DNA of 64,000 nucleotides, from positions 53,745 through 117,744 of the IMG/VR virus record IMGVR_UViG_3300026549_000042. The stretch is one strand, 5' to 3'. This DNA is from a virus (taxonomy: Duplodnaviria > Heunggongvirae > Uroviricota > Caudoviricetes). The notes under the pieces were generated by a model, which saw only the letters and a list, made by a program, of their open reading frames with translations, searched no databases and was not told the DNA's origin. Below are positions 47,037 to 57,616 of this stretch, piece after piece. Numbering within the stretch: the first letter of the stretch is position 1; each line of letters begins with the position of its first letter. A program made the translations under genes and the position numbers.

Positions 47037-47735
47037 ATGAAAAATATCAAAATTGTTTATATTGCAACAAACAAATATATTGAGAGATTTAAGTATTTTC
47101 TTGAAGAACTCAAATATTTTTATCCAAATGATCATAAAGAAGTAATATTATTAAGTAATGTACATGTTCATAAATATGATGATTATAATCATAATAATGT
47201 TTCTATAAAGTTTTATATGATTGATCATTATCCTTGGCCGATTATAGCATTATTTAAAATGCATTATATAAAGAAATTCATAAATGAAAATGATGATTTT
47301 ATATTTTATTTTAATAGTAATGCATATCCAAAAAGATATTTTGATGATCAAGATCTTTTGAATGATGATAGACTTATTTGTTTTAGAGTAAAAAAGGAAG
47401 GATATTTTAAAACTTGGAATGACTTAAATCCATTTAATCAAGAAATAAAATATGTTCAGTCTGGATTATTTGGCGGTAATTATAATTCTATATTAGAAAT
47501 GTGTAATTATGTTACAAATCGAGTAAATGAATTACTTCGAAAAAATATAATTGATAAACTTCATGATGAAACTGCACTAAACTCATATATATCAGTGTTA
47601 GATTCTTCAAAATATGTTATTAAAGATTGGTATGATATGGCAATCCTTGACTATGAGCGATTTAATAGTGGATTAGGATTAGATAATAAATTGCACACAC
47701 ATTATGGTATTTTAGATAGAGTAGAAATCTATTAA
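47037..47735 (+). CDS. glycosyltransferase family 6 (ABO-like) homologue, stand-alone
   Basis: IVYIATNKYIERFKYFLEEL, HYPWPIIALFKMHYI, FYFNSNA (NxN), QSGLFGGN, LHDETALNSY. Confidence 0.7.
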   Translation: MKNIKIVYIATNKYIERFKYFLEELKYFYPNDHKEVILLSNVHVHKYDDYNHNNVSIKFYMIDHYPWPIIALFKMHYIKKFINENDDFIFYFNSNAYPKRYFDDQDLLNDDRLICFRVKKEGYFKTWNDLNPFNQEIKYVQSGLFGGNYNSILEMCNYVTNRVNELLRKNIIDKLHDETALNSYISVLDSSKYVIKDWYDMAILDYERFNSGLGLDNKLHTHYGILDRVEIY

Positions 47736-47753
47736 AAATAAATTTAACTAATA

Positions 47754-47782
47754 AGAGAAGATCTTAGATCTTCTCTTTTTTG
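47754..47782 (+). terminator. rho-independent terminator
   Basis: agagaagatc-tta-gatcttctct followed by tttttt. Confidence 0.6.
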
Positions 47783-47941
47783 TGATTATAAAGTATGTGC
47801 ATAAAAAATATAAAAAATTACAAATATGAAGTATATTAAAATATGTCACAGAACACCATTCTTCTTTATTCTGTTACATTAAAATAGTAAAACAATATAT
47901 TTATATATTTAACTATTTTCTATGAATCTGGATGTATTTTT

Positions 47942-48286
47942 CTACTTGTAATACTTATTATTATAAAGTAATAGTTTTGTATTGTTTAAGAAGTCTTCAT
48001 CATTCATTTCAAAAAAGGTTGTTTCCTTAAGATTTGAATAGTCATATTTTATATTTTCAAGAAATTCGGTAATAATATCTATATTTGCTAAATCAGATAC
48101 AAATATATATTCATTATCATATAATTTAAATGGTATATATTGATTTTTATATATTATTATAGAATCAAGTATGCAATATTTGTTTATAAATTCATTAAGA
48201 TCACTTTTACCATTGTTTAATTTTTTGTCAATTTCTATCTTAGCACTAATAAGATCTTCTATATCATTTATGTTTATTATTTTCAT
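47942..48286 (-). CDS. hypothetical protein
   Basis: 114-aa ORF flanked by long AT-rich intergenic regions. Confidence 0.4.
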   Translation of the reverse strand: MKIININDIEDLISAKIEIDKKLNNGKSDLNEFINKYCILDSIIIYKNQYIPFKLYDNEYIFVSDLANIDIITEFLENIKYDYSNLKETTFFEMNDEDFLNNTKLLLYNNKYYK

Positions 48287-48359
48287 ACTATTTTCATATT
48301 ATTTCATTTGTATTATATATTAAAATATATTTTTAATTATAATTTATTTAAAAAATCTT

Positions 48360-49970
48360 ATGGCAAATGATAAGTTAAATAGTACTAAATCAATAAATAG
48401 AATAAGAAATAAGTGGAAACGACCTTGGAATATTCAAAAATTTGATGATCTTTATAATAGAGATGAGCGTTTTTTCAGTATACTTATAAAGGGAGCAATT
48501 TCATATCTTAACAATCATATTAAAATGTATGATACAAAAATCAATCATTTCATATTGAATACTGGATCATCATATATGTATGTTGAAAATAATGGATATG
48601 AATTTTCTTGGAATGAGACAAGTGGTGAAGACTATATTTATATGCAAATGCCAAGATGTATTGTTGAGATAGGATCTATATCTATTCCACAAGAAGAACT
48701 GTCACAATCATTTGCTCGTGGAAACTATGAAAGACGAGATGGTGAAGTAATAAAAGAATATAATGCAGAAATTAAACGAATTCCAATAGAGGTTGAATTG
48801 TCATTACATTATGTATTTGGTACATTTAATGAATCTATAGTTGTATTACAGGAACTTATTGACAAAATGATATTTCAACAATATTTCAACATAACATATC
48901 TTGGAAATATAATTCGTTGTTCTATTGAGTTTCCAACAAATACACAAATACAATTAAATAAGATTGATTTTTCGTCAACAGATGTTACTCAAAAAAGTAT
49001 AGACATTACGGTTACTATATGTTCAAACTATCCTCTTATTAATGAACATTCAGAAATACCTGGAACACAAATCATATCTAAATTTGGAGGATTGATAAGT
49101 GATAATTCCGAAAAACATATTGTCATAACTATAGACGGTGTAGAAATATATAGACATACAATATTTATAGATTGTAGAAAGTTTGATTTGAATAATGACG
49201 GTAAAATAGATGAAAATGAAATAGAAATCATAAGAGAATTTATTGAACGTTTTGATACTGATAATGACGGTGAAATTACCACACATGATATACAAGTAAT
49301 AGAAGAAGATTTCATTAATAATGTATATAATATAAAATATGATGTATTGAATATTGGAACTGTCAATAATCAAAATCTTGTAATAATAAAACATCTATTT
49401 GATATTTTAGATATTAATAAAGATGAAGTAGTAAACAAATATGAGATTACAACAATACTTAAGCATATAGAACTAATATCAAAATATGATTTCAATAATG
49501 ATTTGAAAATTGATTATGATGATATAGTTGCAATATTAAACTACTTAATTAGTCATGAAAATCTTACATATGATAGTTTATGGGAAAAATTAGTAAGTTT
49601 TTGTGATATGAATATATTTGTTATATCTGAAGAACTTTATAATTATATTTTAGAAATAGTAAAGACAAACATAACCGATGCTAAAATTGCTATTGAATAT
49701 TACATTAATCAAAACAATATAGAAATTGATAATGACATATTAGTTGAATTATATAAGATAATAGATGAAATGATTGAATTCAGTATATATGACATTAATA
49801 ATACTGGAGTCATTTCAAAAGATATTGCAGATACTATAATGAATGAAATATCTGAATATTCTAACAAAGAAATTAGCTATTATGTATCTTCAAACATAAT
49901 AATTCATAGTAAAGACCATACATTATCTGACAGTTCAATAACAGATACTGAAACAATGAAAAACTTCTAG
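48360..49970 (+). CDS. hypothetical protein with paired dockerin/EF-hand-like Ca-binding loops
   Basis: DLNNDGKIDENEIEII.EFI and DTDNDGEITTHDIQVI (DxNxDGxIxxxE, about 22-aa spacing); a second degenerate pair DINKDEVVNKYEI and DFNNDLKIDYDDIV. Confidence 0.55.
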   Translation: MANDKLNSTKSINRIRNKWKRPWNIQKFDDLYNRDERFFSILIKGAISYLNNHIKMYDTKINHFILNTGSSYMYVENNGYEFSWNETSGEDYIYMQMPRCIVEIGSISIPQEELSQSFARGNYERRDGEVIKEYNAEIKRIPIEVELSLHYVFGTFNESIVVLQELIDKMIFQQYFNITYLGNIIRCSIEFPTNTQIQLNKIDFSSTDVTQKSIDITVTICSNYPLINEHSEIPGTQIISKFGGLISDNSEKHIVITIDGVEIYRHTIFIDCRKFDLNNDGKIDENEIEIIREFIERFDTDNDGEITTHDIQVIEEDFINNVYNIKYDVLNIGTVNNQNLVIIKHLFDILDINKDEVVNKYEITTILKHIELISKYDFNNDLKIDYDDIVAILNYLISHENLTYDSLWEKLVSFCDMNIFVISEELYNYILEIVKTNITDAKIAIEYYINQNNIEIDNDILVELYKIIDEMIEFSIYDINNTGVISKDIADTIMNEISEYSNKEISYYVSSNIIIHSKDHTLSDSSITDTETMKNF

Positions 49971-49997
49971 TTCTTAGAACTAGAAGTTTTTGTTTTT
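49964..49997. terminator. bidirectional terminator between convergent genes
   Basis: cttctagttc-tta-gaactagaag followed by tttttgttttt. Confidence 0.55.
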
Positions 49998-51726
49998 ATT
50001 GTATTAATGAAGATGGCCTTACGCCGTTCATTACATTTTTAGAGAAATTATATCTTAACCGCATATTATTTATATTATATTGGGCTGTTATTCGTTTTCC
50101 TCGTATAGAAGTAGATGGACCGTTCTTCAAATCTTCCATTTTCTTATAGAACATTGCAGAACCAGTACCTAAGTCACCATGTTCACCTTTTAATACAGTT
50201 CCATCTCCACGTGTACCTAATGCTGCACCTGCTCTATACGAAGTACCAAGCCATTTTTGTAATATATTAAAACCAAAATCTCTAAAATAGTTTATTAAAT
50301 TCTTTTCTGGTTTTAACAGTCTAAGTTTTTCTTTCATATAGTCAGTCAATATTGAACTATTATATTTACGTGTTCTTCTATCGGCACCATATATATTGCC
50401 TAATGCAAAGTTTTTATCAGAACCAAGTAATTTGTCTACATGAGTATTTATAAATTCTTCAGATGCGGTAACAATATTTTTTACGCTTGTATCAAAAACT
50501 ACTTCATTATCAACATAAATGCCATTTGATCCAAACATAAATCCCATGATTTCATTCATTGTATATTCATAGCATCTGTCATATGTTATCTTTATTGAAT
50601 TCTTACCAAATTGAAATGGATTATCATTAGTCATTTCTCCTGGTGCATAAGATCCTAATGAAGAAATATCAAATTCACAATTTAATAGTCTGTATAACTT
50701 AAATGACATTTTATTGTCCTTTTGGGATTCATTGGACAAATCTTTGTATTGTGTGCCTCCTAATATCTTACCATCTTCTCTGTTTTTGTTTGGTGTATGC
50801 AAAATCTTTATTGGTGATTGCATAATGACAATGTCCATATCAAACTTGCGTAGGTTTTCTGGAATTATTTCTTTGCAATTAATATCATCAAAACAAGCAT
50901 ATTTATATAAAGAAAACAATGTTGTCAATCTCATATCAATAGCATCTTCCAAAAAATCTATTTCTATTGATTTTTCTTCACCAAATTTAGCAATATATGG
51001 ATTACCCGCATTATTGAGATTTTTTATACTTTTAAAGAACCAAGGAGCTCTAGTATTTATGTAACTTAATAATCTTACAAATTTGATTAATGCTATACCT
51101 TTATTTGTTAGACCCGAAGTTTGATATCTTTTTTCACATAAATATAAATATTTTAATGCACTATTGATAGCTGGCCAAGAATCATTTGTCATTGCATCAT
51201 CACCGATAAATGATGAAATGGGAGATTTCATATTAAGAATACTACCAAAAAGCCCATACATTGTATTAAAATTGAAAAATATCTTAAAATACATCCATGA
51301 TGGACCTGCATAGTTATTTCCAAGACCCTTTAAGAATAGATTACGTTCATTAATAAAATCATCATACCCCCATAAAGGCAACTGCAATCTATAGTTCTGA
51401 TTGTCATAATAATTAGAAAAATTCCAATTAGATTTTGCATTTCTATTTAATGATGTATGTTTCCATCTTTCATTTTGTTCTGTAATTCTAGAATTAGAAC
51501 CAAAAGAATCTGCAATTTCTGATACAGTATTTGTAAGATCATCATTTTTCTTATCATTATAATAAAATGACATTACATCATCCATCAAATCATCACCAGC
51601 ATTATAAGATTCTCCAAATTCTGATGACGGCATCAATATTGATAATCTAGATTCATTTATTCCTTGTGCAATTCCTGATAAAGCTGAATCTTTTATTAAG
51701 TTTCCAAAATCTGACCAAGTACTCAT
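49996..51726 (-). CDS. hypothetical protein (first gene of a long minus-strand, probably structural, module)
   Basis: 576-aa ORF. Confidence 0.55.
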   Translation of the reverse strand: MSTWSDFGNLIKDSALSGIAQGINESRLSILMPSSEFGESYNAGDDLMDDVMSFYYNDKKNDDLTNTVSEIADSFGSNSRITEQNERWKHTSLNRNAKSNWNFSNYYDNQNYRLQLPLWGYDDFINERNLFLKGLGNNYAGPSWMYFKIFFNFNTMYGLFGSILNMKSPISSFIGDDAMTNDSWPAINSALKYLYLCEKRYQTSGLTNKGIALIKFVRLLSYINTRAPWFFKSIKNLNNAGNPYIAKFGEEKSIEIDFLEDAIDMRLTTLFSLYKYACFDDINCKEIIPENLRKFDMDIVIMQSPIKILHTPNKNREDGKILGGTQYKDLSNESQKDNKMSFKLYRLLNCEFDISSLGSYAPGEMTNDNPFQFGKNSIKITYDRCYEYTMNEIMGFMFGSNGIYVDNEVVFDTSVKNIVTASEEFINTHVDKLLGSDKNFALGNIYGADRRTRKYNSSILTDYMKEKLRLLKPEKNLINYFRDFGFNILQKWLGTSYRAGAALGTRGDGTVLKGEHGDLGTGSAMFYKKMEDLKNGPSTSIRGKRITAQYNINNMRLRYNFSKNVMNGVRPSSLIQ

Positions 51727-51732
51727 GTTCTA

Positions 51733-52890
51733 TTATAATTTATTTAATTTATAAGTAAATGTATTTCTTAATATTGAATCATCTATTTCGGTATTGTTTT
51801 TTACATAGTCAAAATCAACATCATAAGACATATCATTTATTTTTGAATACATTTTTACTTTACCATGAATATAATCTATATCTGTTATGTAACTATCATT
51901 TTTGTTTTCTTCAGTTACTTTTATGTCTTCAATATTCTTATTATTGTAAAATTGATAATTATTCCAATATGGTGTCAAATCAACAATTCTTTTATTAAAT
52001 GGAAAATATTTATTGTATATTATGATTTTTGATGCTTTATAATATTCTTCATTTTGTATTTCAACTATTCTATGAGTACTTAAAAAGTCATCCAATAAAT
52101 TTCTAAGCATGATACTTTTCAAGTTGTCATTTGTTGATGTTATAAGAACTGACAAATAATCATATATATTACTATCAATTTGTATGTCTTTATTTATGTC
52201 TATTATCCATTTACCTTCTTTGTTATATCCAATATGATAGTCATTCTTTATTGTATCTTCATATATAAATACAAATTCATCATTATCTATATCTTGTTCC
52301 GAAGCAATAAAGTCAGTTTCTTCTTCATTTATGACATATATAGAATTTTTGTACTTTATTATAAAATCTGAAATATCTGATATTTGCCCTATATCTTTAC
52401 TTTGCAGATTACTTTTGACAGAATATAACAATACAATCATATTAAATAAGATATATTTCAAATAGTTTTCTTGACTTTCTTGATTCATGTCTAACTCATC
52501 AAAAGCATTTCTAATGTTTATAGTATCATCACTTTCTAATATATATTTTACTAATCTATTAAAATATGTCTTATGATCTTGTACATCTCCATTAAGTATG
52601 TTATCAATTTCTTCTTCATCAAATATATGAAAACCATCCTCGGTATATTGACTTTGAACATACATAACAAAATCATCTATCTTGTCATCATTGAATTCAG
52701 TCAAAAAGTTATTGAATACATTTAATATATTATACAAATTAACGCCCATAATAGTTTCATATATATGACTATCTAAAAATCTTTGTAAAGCGTCTTCATA
52801 TAATTCAGCATGAACTATATCATATTTATTGTTTATATAGTCATTGAACTTTACTGGTCTTGTATTATATATCAATTTGTCATAATTCAT
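51733..52890 (-). CDS. hypothetical protein
   Basis: 385-aa ORF. Confidence 0.5.
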   Translation of the reverse strand: MNYDKLIYNTRPVKFNDYINNKYDIVHAELYEDALQRFLDSHIYETIMGVNLYNILNVFNNFLTEFNDDKIDDFVMYVQSQYTEDGFHIFDEEEIDNILNGDVQDHKTYFNRLVKYILESDDTINIRNAFDELDMNQESQENYLKYILFNMIVLLYSVKSNLQSKDIGQISDISDFIIKYKNSIYVINEEETDFIASEQDIDNDEFVFIYEDTIKNDYHIGYNKEGKWIIDINKDIQIDSNIYDYLSVLITSTNDNLKSIMLRNLLDDFLSTHRIVEIQNEEYYKASKIIIYNKYFPFNKRIVDLTPYWNNYQFYNNKNIEDIKVTEENKNDSYITDIDYIHGKVKMYSKINDMSYDVDFDYVKNNTEIDDSILRNTFTYKLNKL

Positions 52891-52894
52891 AATT

Positions 52895-54544
52895 TTATTT
52901 TAATGCATTAAGATTTATTTTTGGCATTGTATGTAAGTTATCAATATTAGATATAGGACCTCGTTTAATTAAATATAAATATTGATTTATTTGATTTGAT
53001 TCATATGAATATGTAAATTTCATGCTATCAATATAGTATATGTCAGATAATGCAATATTTGGCATTGATGAAGATGATGAATAAATAAATTCTGCCTGAT
53101 TCATATCTTCAATTCCTTCTAACATATTGTCTGATTCTAATGTTCCACCTTCTTCTGCAACATTATTTGATCTATCAATAAGTAATCTCTCTATTGTAGG
53201 ATTGTCTTCAAATATTGCAACATTTACAAGTGTCCCACGTTGCAATCCAAAATTTGGTTCCTCCAACAATACTTCTAATATTCTTTGTCTATGCTTCGAA
53301 AAGAATTTGTTTCTTATTATCTTTTGCTTATTTATTGGTAAATCATTACATTCAATAACAGTTTCTAATCCTTGTTGTTTAGCATATTCTTCAGTATGTT
53401 TTCCGTCAATTGAATTTTGTATGACTTCAATATCGTATCTTGACAATGAATTATTTCCATTATTTACATCTAATAAGTTAAGATTATACATTGTCAATGA
53501 TGTACCGCTTATAAGATCACTATTGTTTACTTGAACATTATAACTGCGTATTTTTAAGTTATTTGCTGCTTGAGTATTATTATAATTTGTAAGTGTTCTA
53601 TTCACATATCTTGTCTGATTTTCTGGTACATTAGTTGTACTTGTTGCATTAATGCCGACAAATGAATGAATTGCTAAGTTTTTTGGATTGACATTTTCTT
53701 CATTAAACAGCCATCCAACATTAACTAATACAATATATCCATATAAATCAACCCAACAGTCAAATATGTTTTGTTCATCTATACCTCCCCATTTTATATG
53801 TTGTTGTATGAAATTTGTATATGTTTGACGTTGTATTAGTCTTGGCAATCTGTCATTAATGTTTTTACAATGATCTGTAGAAGAAAAACCTAACTTACAT
53901 TTTTTTGCTATTTCATGAAGACATTCCCAAGTATTTGGCTGTTTGTTTTCTCCGGATGTACAGTCTTTTCCAGAACAACCGGCATATGTTATTTCCTCTA
54001 AATACATTTTTTTGAATGCATTTAACTTGTACGTACCAGAGTATAATATTCTGTTTCCAATTATATTACATCCAGTAATTTCAAATTCAAGCTTTATAGA
54101 CTTATATGTATTATTTACTTGTGGGACTAATATTACTTTTATTGAATTATTAAGTTCTGGTATATTCGTTGCTTTTATAATGCCTTCTGAATCATCCACA
54201 GTTATTGATATTGATGGTAGAAAATCATTATAAAAAATCGACATTGAAATAATTTGATTATAGTTTATTCGTCTATCATTAATATTGACTAATGGATATA
54301 ATATTCCTGAAACTTTTGTAGAGTCTATTTCTCCTGCCGCATCTGTAGGTATTGGGGCTACATCTTGTGTAATTGTTTCAGCAGAATTATTTGTTTCTTT
54401 TACTTCATTATTTCCATCAGACACACTATATATATCAGCCAAAGATATGAATTCTATCTCTGGATCATGAAATATTATAGGATCAGTAAAGTTTATTGGC
54501 TCTAATATTTCTTCATTTAAAATATTTTGACTATTATCTGGCAT
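52895..54544 (-). CDS. hypothetical protein
   Basis: 549-aa ORF; stop overlaps the next gene's start. Confidence 0.55.
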   Translation of the reverse strand: MPDNSQNILNEEILEPINFTDPIIFHDPEIEFISLADIYSVSDGNNEVKETNNSAETITQDVAPIPTDAAGEIDSTKVSGILYPLVNINDRRINYNQIISMSIFYNDFLPSISITVDDSEGIIKATNIPELNNSIKVILVPQVNNTYKSIKLEFEITGCNIIGNRILYSGTYKLNAFKKMYLEEITYAGCSGKDCTSGENKQPNTWECLHEIAKKCKLGFSSTDHCKNINDRLPRLIQRQTYTNFIQQHIKWGGIDEQNIFDCWVDLYGYIVLVNVGWLFNEENVNPKNLAIHSFVGINATSTTNVPENQTRYVNRTLTNYNNTQAANNLKIRSYNVQVNNSDLISGTSLTMYNLNLLDVNNGNNSLSRYDIEVIQNSIDGKHTEEYAKQQGLETVIECNDLPINKQKIIRNKFFSKHRQRILEVLLEEPNFGLQRGTLVNVAIFEDNPTIERLLIDRSNNVAEEGGTLESDNMLEGIEDMNQAEFIYSSSSSMPNIALSDIYYIDSMKFTYSYESNQINQYLYLIKRGPISNIDNLHTMPKINLNALK

Positions 54545-55002
54545 TAATAAAATACAAGACCTAATGATCTATCTATTACAAAATTACTATTTCCAACAGT
54601 AAGCTCATTGGGTGTTCTTTTTTCATTTGTCTTTTTTCTATTATCATTATACGTCTTTTCGTCTATAATAGTATCTGATTCATTAGCTAATATTGATGGT
54701 GTGTCTTGATGAATTAGACTTTCTAATATGTTTTCAATACTTGGTATATAAATAATCATATTTTCATTAAGTTCGAAAGGATTGGATATACCATTGAACT
54801 TACATATTATATCTCCATATTTATCATCTCCAAATATTGCTAATGATATTAAGTCAGGACGGGCAACATATTCTTTACTCACAACAATGACACTAGTTTG
54901 TGGTGATTGACTTAACTTATATGTTTTAGAAAGTAAGTCAATATATTTTTCATTATTTTGTGATAAATATGGTTTATTACTTAATATTTTATAATCTAAC
55001 AT
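54544..55002 (-). CDS. LysM-like domain protein (tail/baseplate accessory?), tentative
   Basis: YVARPDLISLAIFGDDKYGDIICKFNGISNPFELNENMIIYIP follows the LysM hydrophobic pattern (Y.V..GD.L..IA..Y......N......L..GQ.L.IP). Confidence 0.4.
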   Translation of the reverse strand: MLDYKILSNKPYLSQNNEKYIDLLSKTYKLSQSPQTSVIVVSKEYVARPDLISLAIFGDDKYGDIICKFNGISNPFELNENMIIYIPSIENILESLIHQDTPSILANESDTIIDEKTYNDNRKKTNEKRTPNELTVGNSNFVIDRSLGLVFY

Positions 55003-55118
55003 GTATAGACAAAAACATTTTTATATATATTTAAAAATATTTATTTATATGAAAATAGAGGACCCTTTAATAAAAAAGAGCCCTCATATATTAATATTAT
55101 ATAAAATTTATACTTTAA

Positions 55119-55526
55119 TTAAGGATTCAGTGTAGGATCAAGTGGTTCTTCCGTTTCCTCACCAGATTGTTGAGTATCTGGTGTTATATCACTACCATCA
55201 ACTACAATACTTTCATAAAGTGCTTTTACTAAAAGACTTAATGATTTAATTTGCGCCTGTTGTTCTGCTACAACTTTAATAAGATCACCTGTTGTATTTA
55301 TACCTGTTATTGATAGATCTTCTGATGTACTTTCAGATGCTTGTGAAACCGCACTTTGTAAATCTGCCGCATTCCAGTCAATATCTACTGCATTAATTAT
55401 TCCACCAAATTCTGAATCTACTCCTTCTTGTCCACTAACAAGTATTGGGGCAACACCAATTGCTTGTCCATCTGAACTTTCACGATATTTATTAAATAAT
55501 ATTCCGTTTTGTGTAAAATTTTTCAT
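55119..55526 (-). CDS. hypothetical protein
   Basis: 135-aa ORF. Confidence 0.45.
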   Translation of the reverse strand: MKNFTQNGILFNKYRESSDGQAIGVAPILVSGQEGVDSEFGGIINAVDIDWNAADLQSAVSQASESTSEDLSITGINTTGDLIKVVAEQQAQIKSLSLLVKALYESIVVDGSDITPDTQQSGEETEEPLDPTLNP

Positions 55527-55541
55527 TTTTGTTTATTTTAT

Positions 55542-57581
55542 TTAATTTAATGTAATTATAATTGTACCTCCGTTAGCTACAGCTGATCCTGTCTTATATA
55601 CTTTATGTTCAGGTATACTTATACTTGTAATTTCAGATACTGATACTGTACCTCCCATAACTTTTTCTCTAACAGAAACTGTTTTATTTGAAGGAGCTAA
55701 AATGTAAACATATGCTCTTGTTCCTGAATTAGTATATTCTTTTGTTGTAGGAATAACATTAGTAGCATTATTGGCTGATGTATAATTATCTGATGTAACT
55801 TCTTCAGTACCTACCGAAAAATAATATTCAACTTCTGGTGTTTGTTGATCACCATATTTTGCATATAATGTCATATTTCTTTCTGGTGTTATATATGAAT
55901 TCATTTCATAATTGGTATAGTTTGCATTATAATTATAACCGTCATATTCACCCCATCCTATTGGTCGTTTTCCCATATATGATGATATTAATGCTGGTAA
56001 CCTTTGACGATCTCCTGATTTTACATCTATATAACTAAATATTATATCTGAGTTTGGTCCAACAAATGTTAATCTATTACCCATATATGCATAAATATTT
56101 CTTGGATTACTATTATATTCATTAGCATCAAAATATGCATAGTATGAATTAGGTCTATTTCGCCAATTTGTATTATCACCTATATATGATTTTTTATACC
56201 ACATATCATCAGGTAATTTAATATAATCAATTGGTAATTCTTGATGTGTAAATATATATGATAATGTTTGTGGATCACCTTCCTGACTAGTCGTAGTAAA
56301 TCCATAAATTATATGTTTATTATGGTTACGATCTTCAATATCAAAATATGAATAATCAGCAATTGTAGATAAATATTCATTATTATCTGTTAAGTTAGTA
56401 ATATCATATTGACCGCTTAATGTTTTATTACCATCAGCGTGACATGCAGCCTTTACTGGTAAATTATATCTACTACCTAATATGTTTATTGTAATATTCT
56501 TTTTAGGTGCAAATAAAATATTATTATAATGTAATTCATTTGTGGTTATATAAGAATTTGTATTTACATCATGATATTTTGCATTCATGTCAAATGATGC
56601 TAAATAACTATAGCTCATTCCAGCGTTTACATTTATTTCAAACTCATTATAATCATTATCAATATTAGTATTAATATCTATAAGAGCATTTGCACTATAA
56701 CTATAACTATAACTATAACTATAACTATCTATGGTTGTATAAGAATATATAAATTCTTGACCAGATAATCCACTTTGACCAACACCATGATAATATTTAT
56801 CTAATATTCTATAAGGATAAGTTCCATTAGTACCATCTGGATCATTAATATAAGTACTATTTAAATATGAAAGCGGATGTCTTGAATCTTTGGAAGAATA
56901 ATCATTAAATATATCTGCGCCATTTACACCACCAAAAAATACATTTACACCTGTATGATTATGTTTAATATAATTATGATAATTAATAGATGAAATTTTC
57001 ACTGGTGTACTTGTTTCATCTGTTGGTACCTGGTCGCCAGATTGTCCACCAGATTGTCCACCAGATTGTCCATCATCACTGCCTTCTTTAAATGTGGCGC
57101 CTTGTAATGATAAGTTCTTTATTTTCCAAGATAAATTATTATCATCTAATGAAACAGTTTCTTCTTCATCATTAGAAAATATTAATTTAACAGTTGGTTT
57201 TGGAAATTTAATAGATTCACCAATATATAAAATTCTGCCATCATATATATCATCTTGTTTAATAATTTCGGCAGAAACAATAGTGGCTTGTTTATTATTT
57301 TCCAATTCTTTAATTCTATTATCTAATGCAACAATTTCTTCATTCATTAAATTAAATTGACTTGCAATAAAATTTAATACATCTGTTGTTGAATTAAATG
57401 GTGTAGATGTTTGCCCCATATCAGTTCTTGCAGTTACATCTTGCCAATTAATATCTGATGCATATAATATTTTATCATTATTTGCAGTATATAATGGAGA
57501 ATTAATTACTGTATATTCTTTACCACTATTTGGCGTATGTTTGTTTTGTTCATTTACAATAAAATCTTCGTATTGTTCCAT
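55542..57581 (-). CDS. putative tail-fibre/receptor-binding-like protein containing simple-sequence-repeat-encoded low-complexity tracts
   Basis: 679 aa; (GGQS)x3 and (SY)x6 tracts encoded by exact DNA tandem repeats; Y/N/G-rich beta-type composition. Confidence 0.5.
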   Translation of the reverse strand: MEQYEDFIVNEQNKHTPNSGKEYTVINSPLYTANNDKILYASDINWQDVTARTDMGQTSTPFNSTTDVLNFIASQFNLMNEEIVALDNRIKELENNKQATIVSAEIIKQDDIYDGRILYIGESIKFPKPTVKLIFSNDEEETVSLDDNNLSWKIKNLSLQGATFKEGSDDGQSGGQSGGQSGDQVPTDETSTPVKISSINYHNYIKHNHTGVNVFFGGVNGADIFNDYSSKDSRHPLSYLNSTYINDPDGTNGTYPYRILDKYYHGVGQSGLSGQEFIYSYTTIDSYSYSYSYSYSANALIDINTNIDNDYNEFEINVNAGMSYSYLASFDMNAKYHDVNTNSYITTNELHYNNILFAPKKNITINILGSRYNLPVKAACHADGNKTLSGQYDITNLTDNNEYLSTIADYSYFDIEDRNHNKHIIYGFTTTSQEGDPQTLSYIFTHQELPIDYIKLPDDMWYKKSYIGDNTNWRNRPNSYYAYFDANEYNSNPRNIYAYMGNRLTFVGPNSDIIFSYIDVKSGDRQRLPALISSYMGKRPIGWGEYDGYNYNANYTNYEMNSYITPERNMTLYAKYGDQQTPEVEYYFSVGTEEVTSDNYTSANNATNVIPTTKEYTNSGTRAYVYILAPSNKTVSVREKVMGGTVSVSEITSISIPEHKVYKTGSAVANGGTIIITLN
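56695..56728. repeat. hexanucleotide tandem repeat (ctataa x about 5.7) inside a CDS, encoding (SY)n
   Basis: Read directly from the sequence. Confidence 0.8.
57037..57072. repeat. 12-nt tandem repeat (ccagattgtcca x3) inside a CDS, encoding (GGQS)n
   Basis: Read directly from the sequence. Confidence 0.8.
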
Positions 57582-57616
57582 AACTATTCTTAATTATTAT
57601 ATATTATATATTATTT

